DNA from: Octopus bimaculoides
Lineage: Eukaryota
DNA: 64,000 nucleotides
Assembly: GCF_001194135.2 (NCBI RefSeq)
Contig: NC_068983.1
Span: 48,777,811-48,841,810 of the forward strand
Direction: 5' to 3'
The translations under genes and the position numbers were made by a program. Below the pieces are notes generated by a model that was given only the letters and a program-made list of their open reading frames with translations, was not told the DNA's origin and did no database searches. Below, in pieces: positions 25,545-37,989 of this stretch; the stretch's first letter is position 1, and every line of letters starts with the position of its first letter.

Positions 25545-25985
25545 ACGAAAAACTGAAATGCTAATTATAGAAGCTCAAGAACAAGACATTAAAGTGAAAT
25601 TGATAAAGGCAAACACTGATAAAACTCAGAGTAAATACAAAATCTGTGGAAAAAATAGGAAAGTATTATCCATCTCTTAACTGAATGCTACCATATAAAG
25701 AGTATAAGCTCAAACATAAGTTTCAGTGCATTGGTAAACTAAACGAGTGTTTCGACTGAATGTGACAGAAGACAACTGTGAAAACGAGTCATATGCTGTA
25801 ATGAAACATAATCACGCAATTTAATGGGATTTCTCCGTAATGATTGAGCAGATTAGAGTTTTGAATGACAGATATGATTGAAGAAAACAAAGACAAGATA
25901 GGCCGTAGATTTTGCAATACCATATGGTAATGCCGTTGATATCAAGGAAAGGAAGAGGATAATAATAATAATAATAATAATAATA
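25545..25985 (+). mobile_element. R4/Dong C-terminal remnant (zinc knuckle and REL endonuclease region)
   Basis: LGRKTEMLIIEAQEQ, KICGK, IIHLLTEC, WDF and DFAIPYGNAVDIKERK; ends in (ATA)n. Confidence 0.7.
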
Positions 25986-26269
25986 CGAAGAGCGCGATGC
26001 GATTGCAATAGAAATTTTATTGGTTGAACGATATTTTGACAGCTAGCCTGCCTTTGTCGAGTTAAAAATGAAAAGCGATAAAAATTCAAATTTATAGAAA
26101 TTCAAATGTGAAATATGAATGAGAGTATCTAGTGACCCCACGTTGATGGAATGACATCAGTTTTCAAATTTCAAGTTTACAACTGGCAAAAAACAAAGAA
26201 AAAAAGAGCAAAATTGGAAAGAAAGGAAAGGAAAAAGAACAATCTTTAATCAAGCAGTTTTGTGTAAAT

Positions 26270-27215
26270 ACGTCATTCTATTCATTCATCTAGAACATGA
26301 TGTTAATAACCCACAGACATTTGTCCTCGTGCATTTTGAGTACTGAAAATGTAGAAAATTCAAAATATTTTCTGAGAAAATGCACTATCAAGTCTTGTTC
26401 AAAATTGCAGCCGTTCGATGCAAAATGTTTGGCAAGTTCTGTCGAGCTACTGTTACTGTGCTTGACATCATATCTATTGCCCATTGAATATTTTGCTTGA
26501 TTGTTGTGTTGTACAACCTACATAAATAAAGTTGTGTTTGGTGCAATCTGCTGCGTACGCCAAATGGGAATCTCTACACGTCCCCACTTCTGTATAAATC
26601 ATAACATTTCTGTTGTGATTCCTGATGGAATTCCCTTGACTCGTATTGCACAATGAACATGCCTCTGTTGTGCTTATCTCTCTCGTGCAGAAACTCCAAT
26701 ATTGGTTTTATTGGAGTCAGAAGTAGAGATTAATAGTTCTCTTATATTTTGATTCCGTCTAAAGGCTACAATAAGCGGCTGAGGAAATATTTGTCTGAAA
26801 CGAAGATATTTTTCCGCTACATGCTTTTAACTGTCACCGATATTTCGGTGCTAGTTAATCACTAGAGGAATCCTGTCAGATATTGTACTTTGTTTGCTAA
26901 AATTATGCGTGAAAGCTTAGCTTTGTTAATCTTAGCTATGTTATTTGCTATTTTCTTTAATCGTGATTTACTGTAACCGCGTTTGACATTGTTGTACAGA
27001 AGCATTTGCATATTTCCTGTATTCCCATATGTGAGAGCAAATCATTTTTATCCTCCAAAATTGGGCATTCAGATTTGATCCAATTATATGATATGAATGA
27101 TCGGAGCGGCGTAGGAGGTAAATGCGGGATGACGTGTTTGCAAAATAACAAGGTTGACTTTGGCAGTATTTAAATGCGAAATATTGAGCCTCGAACAAAT
27201 AGCGCTAAGCATGTT
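26270..27215 (-). mobile_element. Penelope-like element remnant (RT C-terminal linker and GIY-YIG endonuclease)
   Basis: AQFWRIKMICS, DRIPLVI, FPQPLIVAFRR, CSLC, HLAYAADCTKHNFIYVGCTT, ELAKHF and HEDK occur in the expected order. Confidence 0.85.
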
Positions 27216-27284
27216 CTCTGAGGCGCTAACTATTTTGTTAGTTCTTCGCCTCAGTTGATAACAACAACTACATTAACAATAACA

Positions 27285-27493
27285 ATCTTTTATACTCTAT
27301 GCACAAGGCTCGAAACCTTTGGGGAAGGGCCACGCGATTAGATCGACCCCAGTATGCAACTAGTACTTTATAGACGCCATAAGGATGAAAGGCAAAGTCG
27401 ACCTCGGTGAAATTTGAACTCAATGTCAAAACAGACGAAATACCGCTAAGCATTTCGTCCGGCGTGCTAACGTTTCTGCCAGCTCGCCCCCTT
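27285..27493 (-). mobile_element. SINE family 1 monomer (tail B)
   Basis: Head, core and tail motifs. Confidence 0.9.
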
Positions 27494-27509
27494 ACAATAA
27501 TAATAAGAT

Positions 27510-27795
27510 TAATCAGAAGAATATAATCAAATATTGGAAATGAAGGTTAAAATAGTGCCAAATATCGTTGGATCCTTGGGGAAGAGTGTCAGAAAATATA
27601 TGGGAAATCGAAATACAAAACCCAGTAGAACCGTTACAAAAGAGTTACCTTCTTGACACGGCTAGAATTATTAGAAAAGTATTAGCTATTTGAACACAAC
27701 ATAGTATGGAACCGTAGGCTGCAGGGAGCAAGCCCGCTACGCATGTATGACTCCAGGATTTCCAACAAAATCTCGGTTAATAATAATGGTAATGA
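27510..27795 (+). mobile_element. R4/Dong extreme C-terminus and 3' UTR
   Basis: WKMKVKIVPNIVGSLG...LQKSYLLDTARIIRKVL; 3' UTR shared with 55858-56012; ends taataataat. Confidence 0.8.
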
Positions 27796-27899
27796 TGGAC
27801 TTTCTTGCTGAAGACGACGTATGAGCGTTCATCTTTTGCCGAACAACCTGCACAAATAATTTGTTTATATTGATCAAATGTACGTAGTGCATTACCTCA

Positions 27900-28093
27900 C
27901 TCTTTCCATGAAATCGACGTTGTCTGAATAGGTACATGTTGTACCACACGTCAGGTGTCGAAGTGATAGCAGAGCAACAGAAGATGAAGTGTTTTGTTCA
28001 AGAACACATTATACCACCCGGTCAATGTATTGAAACTCCGATCTCGTGATCGTGGGTGCAACATCCTATCAATTAGGACATGCGTCCTCACAT
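27900..28093 (-). mobile_element. Degenerate SINE family 4 copy
   Basis: Reverse complement gtgaggacgcatgtcc...gagtttcaat...ttgaacaaaacacttcatc. Confidence 0.55.
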
Positions 28094-28249
28094 AACAATA
28101 ATAATAAAGTATCACCCGTAATTGATGGTTTTCGGGCATGTGTCTTCTCAGCATTTATGAGTCGTTGAGTGGATTTTGATGTATAAATCATCGCAAATAT
28201 TTAAAGGATGCCTGAATGTGAAATGACAAAATATTAATTAAACGCAGCA

Positions 28250-28770
28250 CGCGAAATATCAACGGTGTTATACGGCATAACAATAAACTGGAATAATTTT
28301 AGGAGATATTATTCCATCAGTGTTGTTCACTATTGCCTTTCACAATTTAAATTCTACAGTGAATTGCCATAGTTCGAAGAATTGCGGCAATATTTTACGT
28401 GTATGACGAAGTTATAAACCAAATGCGAGACAATGTTTGAAGATATTTCACGACCGTTAAACCCTAACAGCTGCGGGTTCACGAGAGAGGTTGGACGTGT
28501 TGGACATATTTAATACCTACTACACGGTTTCTGCTTGCCAGACCACTTCTCGAAATGTAGATGTTGACTACATCAGTAAACAGTGTAATCAGCTAGGCAG
28601 AATTCTAAAGGTAAACATCGTATAGGATAGATATGTGGGCATCAAAGAAAGCGAGCGGATTCTGCAAACTCGAATGAAAGATCCAACAATAGGAAATTTA
28701 TTTGACAAAGATGATACTAGAAATGGAAATCAGTTGGAAAAATTCTGGTATTACCTGGAGGATACATGAG
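28250..28770 (+). mobile_element. Highly decayed LINE RT fragment
   Basis: GIILGDIIPSVLFTIA resembles G..QGD.LSP.LF; little else remains. Confidence 0.35.
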
Positions 28771-28779
28771 TGAGATTTT

Positions 28780-29126
28780 TAAAATGCTGAGACCCTCTTC
28801 GGTCATGACTGACCATGGGATTGTGCCTAGAAAGTTACCCTCCCAGGCACAAGTCCGGGCAATGTTGTTTATGGAAGACCAGCAGTCGCCCATGCATACC
28901 GGCCTACCCTCTTCATGCGACCAGTGTTATCCAAGGGAAAGGCAAAGGGGCCGATACAGCTTGGCACGTGTGACGTCGCAACTCATTTCTACAGCTGAGT
29001 GAACTGGAGAAACGTGAAATAAAGTGTCTTGCTCAAAAACACAACACGTAGCCCGGTCCGAGATTCGAACTCACAACCTCACGATCGGAAACTCGACGCT
29101 CTAACCACTGAGCCATGCGCCTTCAC
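28780..29126 (-). mobile_element. SINE family 4, near full length
   Basis: A-box tggctcagtggttag, B-box gagttcgaatctc, central ttgagcaagacactttatttcacg...cactcagctgtagaaatgagt. Confidence 0.9.
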
Positions 29127-29329
29127 TTTCTAAAATATTACACACACAAATTATGCAATCATAGAGAAAGTGTTGCGTACAGAACAGAAAATACAACTGA
29201 CATCGCAGAATGGAGGTATATACTCTGTATAGTATAGGATTTTACTGAAAATAGATATAATTAACGTAAATACATTCTTCGAAATACATCAAGGGAATCT
29301 ACTGCAAAGACGTTACTGAATGCAATAAT

Positions 29330-29760
29330 AATGTTTTCTACTCTAGGTATAAGGCCCGAAAATTTTGGGAAGGGGGCCAGTCGATTAGATCGACACCAGT
29401 ACGCAACTGGTACTTAATTTATTGACCCCGAAAGGATGAAAGACAAAATCAACCTCGGTGGAATTTGAACACAGAACGTAACGGCAGACGAAATACCGCT
29501 AAGCATTTCGCCCGGCGTGCTAATGTTTTTTATTTCTTTATTGCCCACAAGGGACTAAACACAGAGGGAACAAAAGAAGACCGACAAAGGGTTTAAGTTG
29601 ATTACATCGACCCCAGTGTGTAACTGGTACGTAATTTATCGACCACGAAAGGATGAAAGGCAGACTCGACCTCGGTGGAATTTGAAAACAGAACGTAACG
29701 GCAGACGAAATACCGCTAAGCATTTCGCTCGGCGTGCCAACGTTTCTGCCTGCAGCCTTA
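29330..29760 (-). mobile_element. SINE family 1 dimer
   Basis: Same organisation and junction as 8365-8800. Confidence 0.9.
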
Positions 29761-29804
29761 ATACAACAATTATACATAATTGTACTCAATGTTTAAAGAT
29801 GTGC

Positions 29805-30000
29805 AAGCAGTGAGCTGGCAGAATCATTAGCAAGCAGGGCAAAATACTTATCGGCGTTTTGTCCGTCTTTACGTTCTAAGTTCAAATTCCGCCGAGGTCG
29901 ACGTTACTTTCATCCTTTTAGGATAAGTAAAATAAATTCCAGTTGAGAACTGGGGTCGTTCTAATCGACTTAACCCCACCCAAAAATTGTTGGCCTTGTG
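29805..30000 (+). mobile_element. SINE family 1 monomer fused to a downstream family-2 SINE
   Basis: Tail ggccttgtg runs directly into gctcgggttcagtcccactgc. Confidence 0.85.
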
Positions 30001-30001
30001 G

Positions 30002-30129
30002 CTCGGGTTCAGTCCCACTGCGTGGCACCTTTTCTGTAGCGTCGGGCCGACCAACGCCCTGAGTGGATTTGTTAGACGGAAACTGAAAGAAGCCCGTTGT
30101 ACACACACATATATATATATATATATGTA

Positions 30130-30191
<62 letters not shown>

Positions 30192-30380
30192 ACCAACATC
30201 GCTTGACAACCGATGCTGGTGTGTTTAAGTCCCTGAAACTTAGCGGTTCGGCAAAAGAGACTGATAGGATAAGTACTAGGCTTACAAAGAATTAGTTCTG
30301 GGGTCGATTTGCCTGACTAAAGGCGGTGCTCCAGCATGGCCGCAGTCAAATGACTGAAACAAGTAAAATAGTAAAAGAGT
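30002..30380 (+). mobile_element. SINE family 2 (5'-clipped) with internal (TA)(TG) microsatellite
   Basis: Core ggccgaccaa...ggaaactgaaagaagcccg, microsatellite, tail gcggtgctccagcatggccgcagtcaaatgactgaaacaagtaaaa. Confidence 0.9.
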
Positions 30381-30594
30381 ATATATTTAGAATGTATAAG
30401 TAATTCACCCAGAAGTGCTGATACTTGAGTGGGTCGTGATGTATAGATCTTCACAAATACTTATATGATGCATGAAAGTAACATGACAAAACTATAATTA
30501 AAAGCGTGTACGTGAAATAAGGAGAGCGACCTGAGAACCGGCACAATGCACCAAAATTGTTTGAAAAGATTTTATCCCATCACTTACAACTGTT

Positions 30595-30843
30595 GCTTCA
30601 GTCATTTAACTCTGGCCATCCCGCAGCACCGCCTTTAGTCGAGCAATCGACCCCATGACATTCTTTGTAAACCTACTATTTATTCTACCAGTCCCTTTTT
30701 GCTGAACCGGTAATGTTACGGGGACGTAGGCACATCAACATCAGTTGTCAAGCGATGTTGGGAGGGGGGGGGGCAAACACAGACTCAAACATATACATGC
30801 ACACACACACACACACACACACACACAGCCACTCCTGCACCTG
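30595..30843 (-). mobile_element. SINE family 2 with the head and core deleted
   Basis: Tail and (CA)n joined directly to the first ~20 nt of the head (cagccactcctgcacct). Confidence 0.8.
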
Positions 30844-31199
30844 TACTGTTTACCTATTATATACTCAGCAGTAAATAAGCAGAAATAGAAAAATAAAAGT
30901 AAAAGAGATATATACAAATACAAAGAATTTAAAATGGCAGCATTGAAGCATAAGAACCCAGTGTCTAAAAGGAGCATTTCTGTGGTCAATCTGCAAAACA
31001 TTTAAATATAGGCGACGGTTATAGCCGCCACCATTGATCTCAACTCAATGAGTAAACAATGATTGATAATTGTGGTTCAGCACAAGTATGTCTGAATGCA
31101 ATTAATAATTTTATTTCCAATTTAAACAGTAGAACTGCTTGTTGTAACTTGTAACGCCATTATCATCGAATAGACACTGAATAATTCAAGTGATAGGAA

Positions 31200-31860
31200 A
31201 GCAGGTTATGAAAAAATTAGACCTTAGAGAAGACGAAACACTCGAAAGGAGATATTGCTCACACTGCAACTTAAAAGATGTTTAGGAGAATAAGGTTTAG
31301 TTGACATTTTAGAACCCTCAAGACTACTACTATAAGCATACCTGATAAAAACAGAAGTGCCGTTCCTTCGTGTCATAAGTTAACAGGTATACGTGATAAA
31401 GGAAGAAGCAAGACAAGAGGTGGATATTACATAGATACCGTCAGCAGAAAACGAGGAAAAAAGAATACTTCAAAGGAGTAAATCAGACACGTGCACCATA
31501 GACAGATTTAACTGGTTTTAATATATGTAAAGTATCTGAATCGATACCCGATTGAAACATAGATCAACAAAAGACAACGGACACAAAAGGTCTGATAATT
31601 GCTACTGGAGACCAGATTCACATAACCACAATCGATTCAAACAAGATGAAGGATATCCACAATATAGGATATTAGAAACTATGAAAAATAAGAAAATATC
31701 AACCACATTATTTCTGGATGCTTGGAACTCCCGAAGCCCAGCCACGCTGATAGGGGGATAAAATCCATCAAATCTGAAAATGCTATAAGAGGAAAGAAAT
31801 ATAGTTTTTGTCGATTTATCGACATTTCAGTGCTTTCGGAACGAAACACCTTTCAGTGTA
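31200..31860 (+). mobile_element. Very decayed Penelope-like GIY-YIG end
   Basis: DTRLKH and YRILETM resemble the ..TRLKEH and R.ILE motifs; terminal hammerhead-like motif on the opposite strand. Confidence 0.35.
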
Positions 31861-32859
31861 ATCATTTGAGATTCCCATTTATTGACGGTGAATATTTCGA
31901 ATGCTGATAGTGAAATGCTATACATACACAGAGGAAAGTGCGACAAATATCTTGATGTGTATTTTCTGTCGTAAACATAGGTAATATTTTCTGTATATTA
32001 TATATATTTAAAGCAAACTGAAACGGTGAGGTAGGTATTAAATATATCAGACACATCAAAAGTAAATTAAGAAAAAAAGAAACAAAACATTAAAAGGAAT
32101 CAAATCAAAACAAGCGTGTATGGTAGCATGACATAAAACCATTCCCAATAAATAAAAAAAGAATTTTTAAAAAATGACAAATACATAGTATATACATATA
32201 AGTGAATAACATAATAAAATATATCTAAAACCAACTAAAATGAGCATAAACAATTCACAAACAAGCGAAATATAATAGATAGAAATAATAACATGCTACA
32301 TGCTCAGTAATACATTTGGTATCGAAAGAGAAAATAGAATTATATAACACAAAATACATTTTTGACATAATATTAATGTTCGGAGGTGTATACTCTGTAC
32401 TTTCATCTATTTTGGAAGCATCCGAAATACGTAAATATTTATGATTATTTTAAAAACAAAACTAAAATTTTACAAATATCAGAGGACAGCCATATTACTT
32501 CCTTTAAGGAAAATTTTATTTCGATTTCTCTCCATTTTGTACTATTACGATATGTTAACCTGATCATCACCACTATTATTCTTTTAATTCCCACCCATGT
32601 ACTTCTATTTCTATCTATCTATCTATCTATCTCTCTTTCTTTACACACAAACACAGAATGAATCCATTTACAAGATTCATGAGAATCGAGGTATATCGGC
32701 ATGTAAAATACCTGAATGTGAGTTGGAATAACTAAATAAGCTGACACTGTAGACATCGAATGCTGACAAGATGCTGCCGTTAAATAGATACGAAATGTAA
32801 TTAATAATCAACGATCCGATTCTCCACTGAATCTCTGATGCGGCGTAAGTGTAAAATAT

Positions 32860-33013
32860 TTCTTTCTTTATTGCCTACAGAGGGCTAAACATAGAGGGGA
32901 CTGGCAAAGGGATTAAATCGATTACATAGACCCCAGTGCGTACATGGTATTTATTTAATCGAACCCGAAAGGATGAAAGGCGAAGTCGACCTCGTAACAG
33001 CAGACGAAATATT
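32860..33013 (-). mobile_element. SINE family 1 partial copy (tail A)
   Basis: Core gaaaggatgaaaggcgaagtcgacctcg and tail A. Confidence 0.85.
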
Positions 33014-33206
33014 AAGACACAAATGTTGTTGAAATTAACGAAAAACTTTATTCGATGTAGTCGTAATAGACTACACAGCAGTTTACATACGATTATGACA
33101 TTACACCTTCATCAGGTTGGATTAAATTTAAACGGTTAAGATGGGACTAAATTACAATGACCATCCACACGCTCAGATTATATAAATTAGATAAGGCAGT
33201 TTTATG

Positions 33207-33281
33207 GGATTGCCCTGGGTTTCACGTCCATGAAACTCTTAGCTTTATAGCGCTTTGTGGACGTGAAATTCAGGGTAATCC
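33207..33281 (+). ncRNA. Candidate pre-miRNA-like hairpin
   Basis: 28 contiguous pairs including 5 G-U; no A-C mismatch on the + strand; no second copy seen in the window. Confidence 0.35.
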
Positions 33282-33464
33282 AATAACACGGCTTCATCTC
33301 ACTTCATTTATATTACATACTGCTCTATAACTTATAGCGTGCTTCTTTTTCAGGTTTCTATCTTGCCGACGATATATTTATATATGGTCACAAACATACA
33401 TATATTAGGTTTTCACACATACTATGAAATACATGCATGCAAGTGTATGTATGTACTTACACAA

Positions 33465-33511
<47 letters not shown>

Positions 33512-33554
33512 AATTCGACTCTTAGTCACATTTAGTTGACTATAATTTTTAGGT

Positions 33555-33690
33555 CCAAACTCCTGCATATAATAACTCTTTGTTAGAGTGGGCTATGGTG
33601 CCCCATATATGACTAAAAGACCTCACCAGGGGGTGTTATTGAATTAGACATGGCCTGGGCCTATACTGACCGAAACCTATCAAAGTTATT
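33555..33690 (+). mobile_element. CR1 3' UTR fragment
   Basis: ggtgttattgaattagacatggcctgggcc...gaccgaaacctatcaaagtt matches 3410-3465. Confidence 0.75.
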
Positions 33691-33940
33691 GAAGCTTATG
33701 TATATGTGTGTATTTATGTTGTGTGTATATGATACATTCTCCCGTCGCAAACGGAGTATGACTGTTCAACGTTTTGATTAAGAACCTGCGCAAATGATTC
33801 GTTTACAGTGATCAAATAAGTGTTGTACATTAGCTCACTCCTACAATACAATCAATGTTGCTTGATCAGGTGAATGTTGTACTACACGTGAGCTGTCGAG
33901 CCGATTGCAGAGAAACGGTATATGAAAGATTTTGTAGAAA

Positions 33941-33998
33941 CCTACGTTTCATTGTACACGCCTACGTTTCATTGCACACGCCTACGTTTCATTCAACG
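33941..33998. repeat. 20-bp tandem repeat, about 2.9 copies
   Basis: cctacgtttcattgtacacg / cctacgtttcattgcacacg / cctacgtttcattcaacg. Confidence 0.9.
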
Positions 33999-34310
33999 AT
34001 GTTTAGTTCACCTCTATTTCAGTCATTCCAGCTTGACAAATCTTTGCGCACATCAGCAAATATATCACTTTACGCTCTAGTATAAGAACAATTCTATAAA
34101 CGATGATTCTGTAAGCATAGCTTAATGATATATTTCCACGCATATTCTTTATATGGAAAATAATTTCCCTTGCAACAAATTGTACGACGTATAAATTTCT
34201 ATGTCCGAATGCTTACGAGTATGTTAAATAAAAATTGTTATATCTATATTTCATTGAACGTTGCATAGAGTACCTCTAAATATATACAGCATTGTTTAAC
34301 AGGAAGCGAG

Positions 34311-34556
34311 TTCCGATCTATGGCTCATGTCTTGCGATCACGACCCTTCGAAAACCAAGAATCGGTGGACGTTTCACTGAAAGGTTTTCTTCGCCCCGGA
34401 ATTCAATATTTTATATAAGCGCCGTGTGTTCCAAGAACTGACAGATAGGTAGTTGGTTTAAGAAGGTGCAATAGGATCGCCTCTACTTTGAATGCTAGGT
34501 TGCATTTGCTTTAAAACAAATAAGTTACATTGCAAAACGTTTTCTGAGCACAATAT
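34311..34556 (+). mobile_element. mariner transposase C-terminal remnant with 3' TIR region
   Basis: FRSMAHVLRSRPFENQESV...FFA...FQELTDR*L...DRLYFEC* resembles the mariner FRSMAHFL.G..F...GI..L.ERW...DG.YF. Confidence 0.7.
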
Positions 34557-36229
34557 ATACGAATATAAATATTTGATGAGAAATTTTACAGCTCACTCAG
34601 GTCATTGACAGCAACTGAAGGGAAAGTATTTCAATAATATAAACTCATGTAAAATCAGTTCAATGTTCCGAAATCCTTTGCGCTGAAAAATCCGTATAAA
34701 CCATATATATATATAGTATTTAAGGATTAAATGGTTTGCAATAATATTTTTCTTTACATTTCCTTGTTTTTGTTGTTTAAATATTCTAGTGTATTTTGAG
34801 CCTTATTTTATAGTTTTGGCATGTTTTATCGTTTGCTTTAAAATGAGAACTACAACGGTTTTTGTCTCGTTTTCTGTTTCAAATTTTATACATCATTTTC
34901 TCTGATTATATTTTTATTTTCATCCTCACATCATTCTGCTGTCATGGCTACATTTCTCCTCTTGTGAAAAAATTGTTAAACGGTTATGCACATGTTTGAG
35001 ATAACAGTGTTCTGCTCTCCATAAACTTAGACATAAACAAATGCAGTATCGAGCGCAAATGTAACACATTTATGCACGCTGGAATGAATTATATTTTTCT
35101 CAACATTTCTCTTGATATTCCACATCATAATCAATGATATTCACTGCGTTTAGTTCTTTTGTTTGATTGAAGTTTCAAAAAAATATTTTCCTTAATAAAA
35201 GGACTTGAACACTAATAACACTTCCTTGTAAAATTGCCACACCATTGAGCTGACTTTTGGAGGTAAATGTACATTCTTATGAATTTGACAAATAGTAAAG
35301 AAATATGCAGTTTCGTGATCTGCAATAGTTGATCATATTAATAAAATTTCCGAATCTAAATTTATAGATTTTAATATCCATCAGTCTCAAGATAGAAAAA
35401 TTCTTGGAACGATATTCAAGTAGATTTTATGAAGCACGGACGCTTTTCTATTAAATTTCCAATAAACTGGTAGCGAATGCCTGCTGAAACCTTCAAGTGA
35501 AAGTAGATGTTTTGTTTGACAGATCAACAAGGACTTTCATTTTATTTTATAAGCAAGATTTCAATACAGTAAAACTGCTTGGGAAACATTAGCGATTTTA
35601 AATAAAGTATGCAATATTTCCTTCTCGAACAAGTAAATTTATTTAGTATTAGTTTGGTCGAAAATCCTGTTTCTTTAACATTTATAATCTTATTCCTTTA
35701 TGTAACATCTCTCATAAATGAGGTTTATCTGCTTGCTCCTCAATCAACATCCGATGTACCTTCTAACATAGAGTGCTTATATCTTCCTAAACAGCCCGAA
35801 GTTAAGTGTATATTAGGGTATATTTGAGAGGAAAGCGTAGGAAAATGTGTATGGGGGAGAATAGTGTAGTAGCTGAGAAAAATATATAAAAACTGGTACT
35901 AGGTCAGAGGAATAACATTATATTAATGAGAAAGAGAAAATAAATCACGTGTTTCTTTAGTATTAACTATGAACTTTTCGATACAGTGTGTTTCGGTGAT
36001 TCACCAGGTCGAAACTATCGTAGTGAATAATAAATCTCGTGAATTCCATTTTCTTTCTCTCCTATATTTTACAAACTCTACAGACGCGAAGGAATTTCTG
36101 AAGTCCAGTGGTTTATATTTCCATACTGTTAATGACATCAGGTAACCGAATACTGTAAGAGAGCTCTAATCAGCACACAATTTGTATACAACAACATTAA
36201 ATCATTACTTATATATCTATATATATTAT

Positions 36230-36403
36230 TTTATTGGTTTTAGTCATTTGACTGCGGCCATGCTGGATAACATCGCCTTTAGTCGAGCAAATAGACCTGG
36301 ATACTTATTCTTTGTAAGCCTAGTACTTCTATAGATATCTTTTACCGAACCGCAAAGTTACGGGTACGTAAACACACCAGCATCGGTTGTCAAGCGATGT
36401 TGG

Positions 36404-36443
<40 letters not shown>

Positions 36444-36590
36444 GACGGGCTTCTTTCCGCCTACGAAATCAACTCACAAGGCTTTGGTCGGTCCGAGGAT
36501 ATACTAGACACCTCTCCAAGGTGTCACGCAGTGGGACTGAACCCAGAACCATGTGGATGGTAAGCAAGCTACTTACCAAACAACTGCTAC
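36230..36590 (-). mobile_element. SINE family 2
   Basis: Head, core, microsatellite and tail all present. Confidence 0.9.
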
Positions 36591-36595
36591 TTATA

Positions 36596-36808
36596 TTTAT
36601 TTCTTCATTGCCCAAAGGGGACTAAACATAGAGGGGACAAACAAGGGGATTAAGTCGACTACATCAACCCCATTTCGTAAATGGTACTTATTTAATCGAC
36701 CTCGAAAGGATGAAAGGCAAAATCGACCTCGGCGGAGTTTAACGGCAGACGAAATACTGCTAAGCATTTCGCCCGCTGTGCTAACGCTTCTGCCAACTCA
36801 CCGCCTTA
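36596..36808 (-). mobile_element. SINE family 1 monomer (tail A)
   Basis: Head, core and tail A; directly upstream of a family-2 SINE on the same strand. Confidence 0.9.
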
Positions 36809-36840
36809 TATTACTGCTTATATTAGGAAGTTAAAAGGTA

Positions 36841-37253
36841 CGACTGGTTATAGAGTGACTATTGGTTTCGCACATATAAAGTTCTTAGCAATAGGGTGAT
36901 TCGTCAGACTTAAATATCCGAAGGTGCATAAACCTTAAAAAATTTAAACAACAAACAGTCAGTTGCTTTGGTGAACAAAAATTAATTGTCCGCGCTGCGA
37001 TCGAGTTGGTCACCCTCCTGAACATCGGCTCCGGGCATGGTGAAATTTGAAGGAGCTGTGGCAGGACTATTCTACAAATGGAGGATTCAAAGCCCGAAGT
37101 AGGAAAAAAAAAAATACAACTGACCATAACATATTTCTTCCGCCAGTCGTACAGTGGTTATGCGCCTTCAGCCGTTTCAGTCCGCCGCGTTGCTCACCTA
37201 TACAGTTGAGCGCTTTATAGGTGCGAAACTAATGATCACTGTATGAGCGACCA
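36841..37253. mobile_element. 413-bp non-autonomous TIR element with TA flanks (Tc1/mariner-superfamily-like)
   Basis: cgactggttatagagtgactattggtttcgcacatataaag is an inverted match to ctttataggtgcgaaactaatgatcactgtatgagcgacca; TA on both sides. Confidence 0.75.
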
Positions 37254-37708
37254 TAACTTTTAGCTTCCTAAAATATATTACTATCCTAATGCTTTATAGT
37301 GAGCTTCTGTTTTGGATATGTGAACTGCTGTTGTTATATATAGATNNNNNNNNNNNNNNNNNNNNNNNNNNNNNNNNNNNNNNNNNNNNNNNNATATATA
37401 TATATATACGCGGACACTTACATACATACCTACATACGTACATAATACTATTGCGTAAATGTGACGTGGCTAGGTAGGGAATATCCCCGATTCCTCAATA
37501 ATTTCGCTTTAAATTTATGTCTTATTTCCCTTTGATACACTCTCGAACATATATGATTCTTACAATATGTGAACGGGATTTTGTAACAACGTTCAGTACT
37601 GAAATGATCTAAGTGCACGTGTTTGAATATTGGTGTTGTGTGTATTTGTATCGTGTACGTGTGTGTGTGTGTGTGTATGTATGTTCTTTATCTGCCTTCC
37701 ACTATATA

Positions 37709-37757
<49 letters not shown>

Positions 37758-37989
37758 CGGGGGTTGATATCTCTATGTATGTGAGTATAAAACTAGATAT
37801 TGGCTTGAAAGCTAAATAACAAACAAAGAAATAGGTTTTTCTTCATGTTTGAATTTAATGTCATGGAGTTGAAATCTCGAGAACATCTTTGATTTTGAGG
37901 AAATGTTTTGATGTGCTTTCCGGTTTTTGTTAACAACGTCAGAGCAGTCAACAATAACGCGGAGAACAACAACAGCTAAGAGAAAATGT

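Noticed and set aside
35990-36015. gtttcg-ggtgattcacc-cgaaac palindrome resembling hammerhead halves (similar case at 13150-13180)
   Set aside because: No CUGANGA box on either strand
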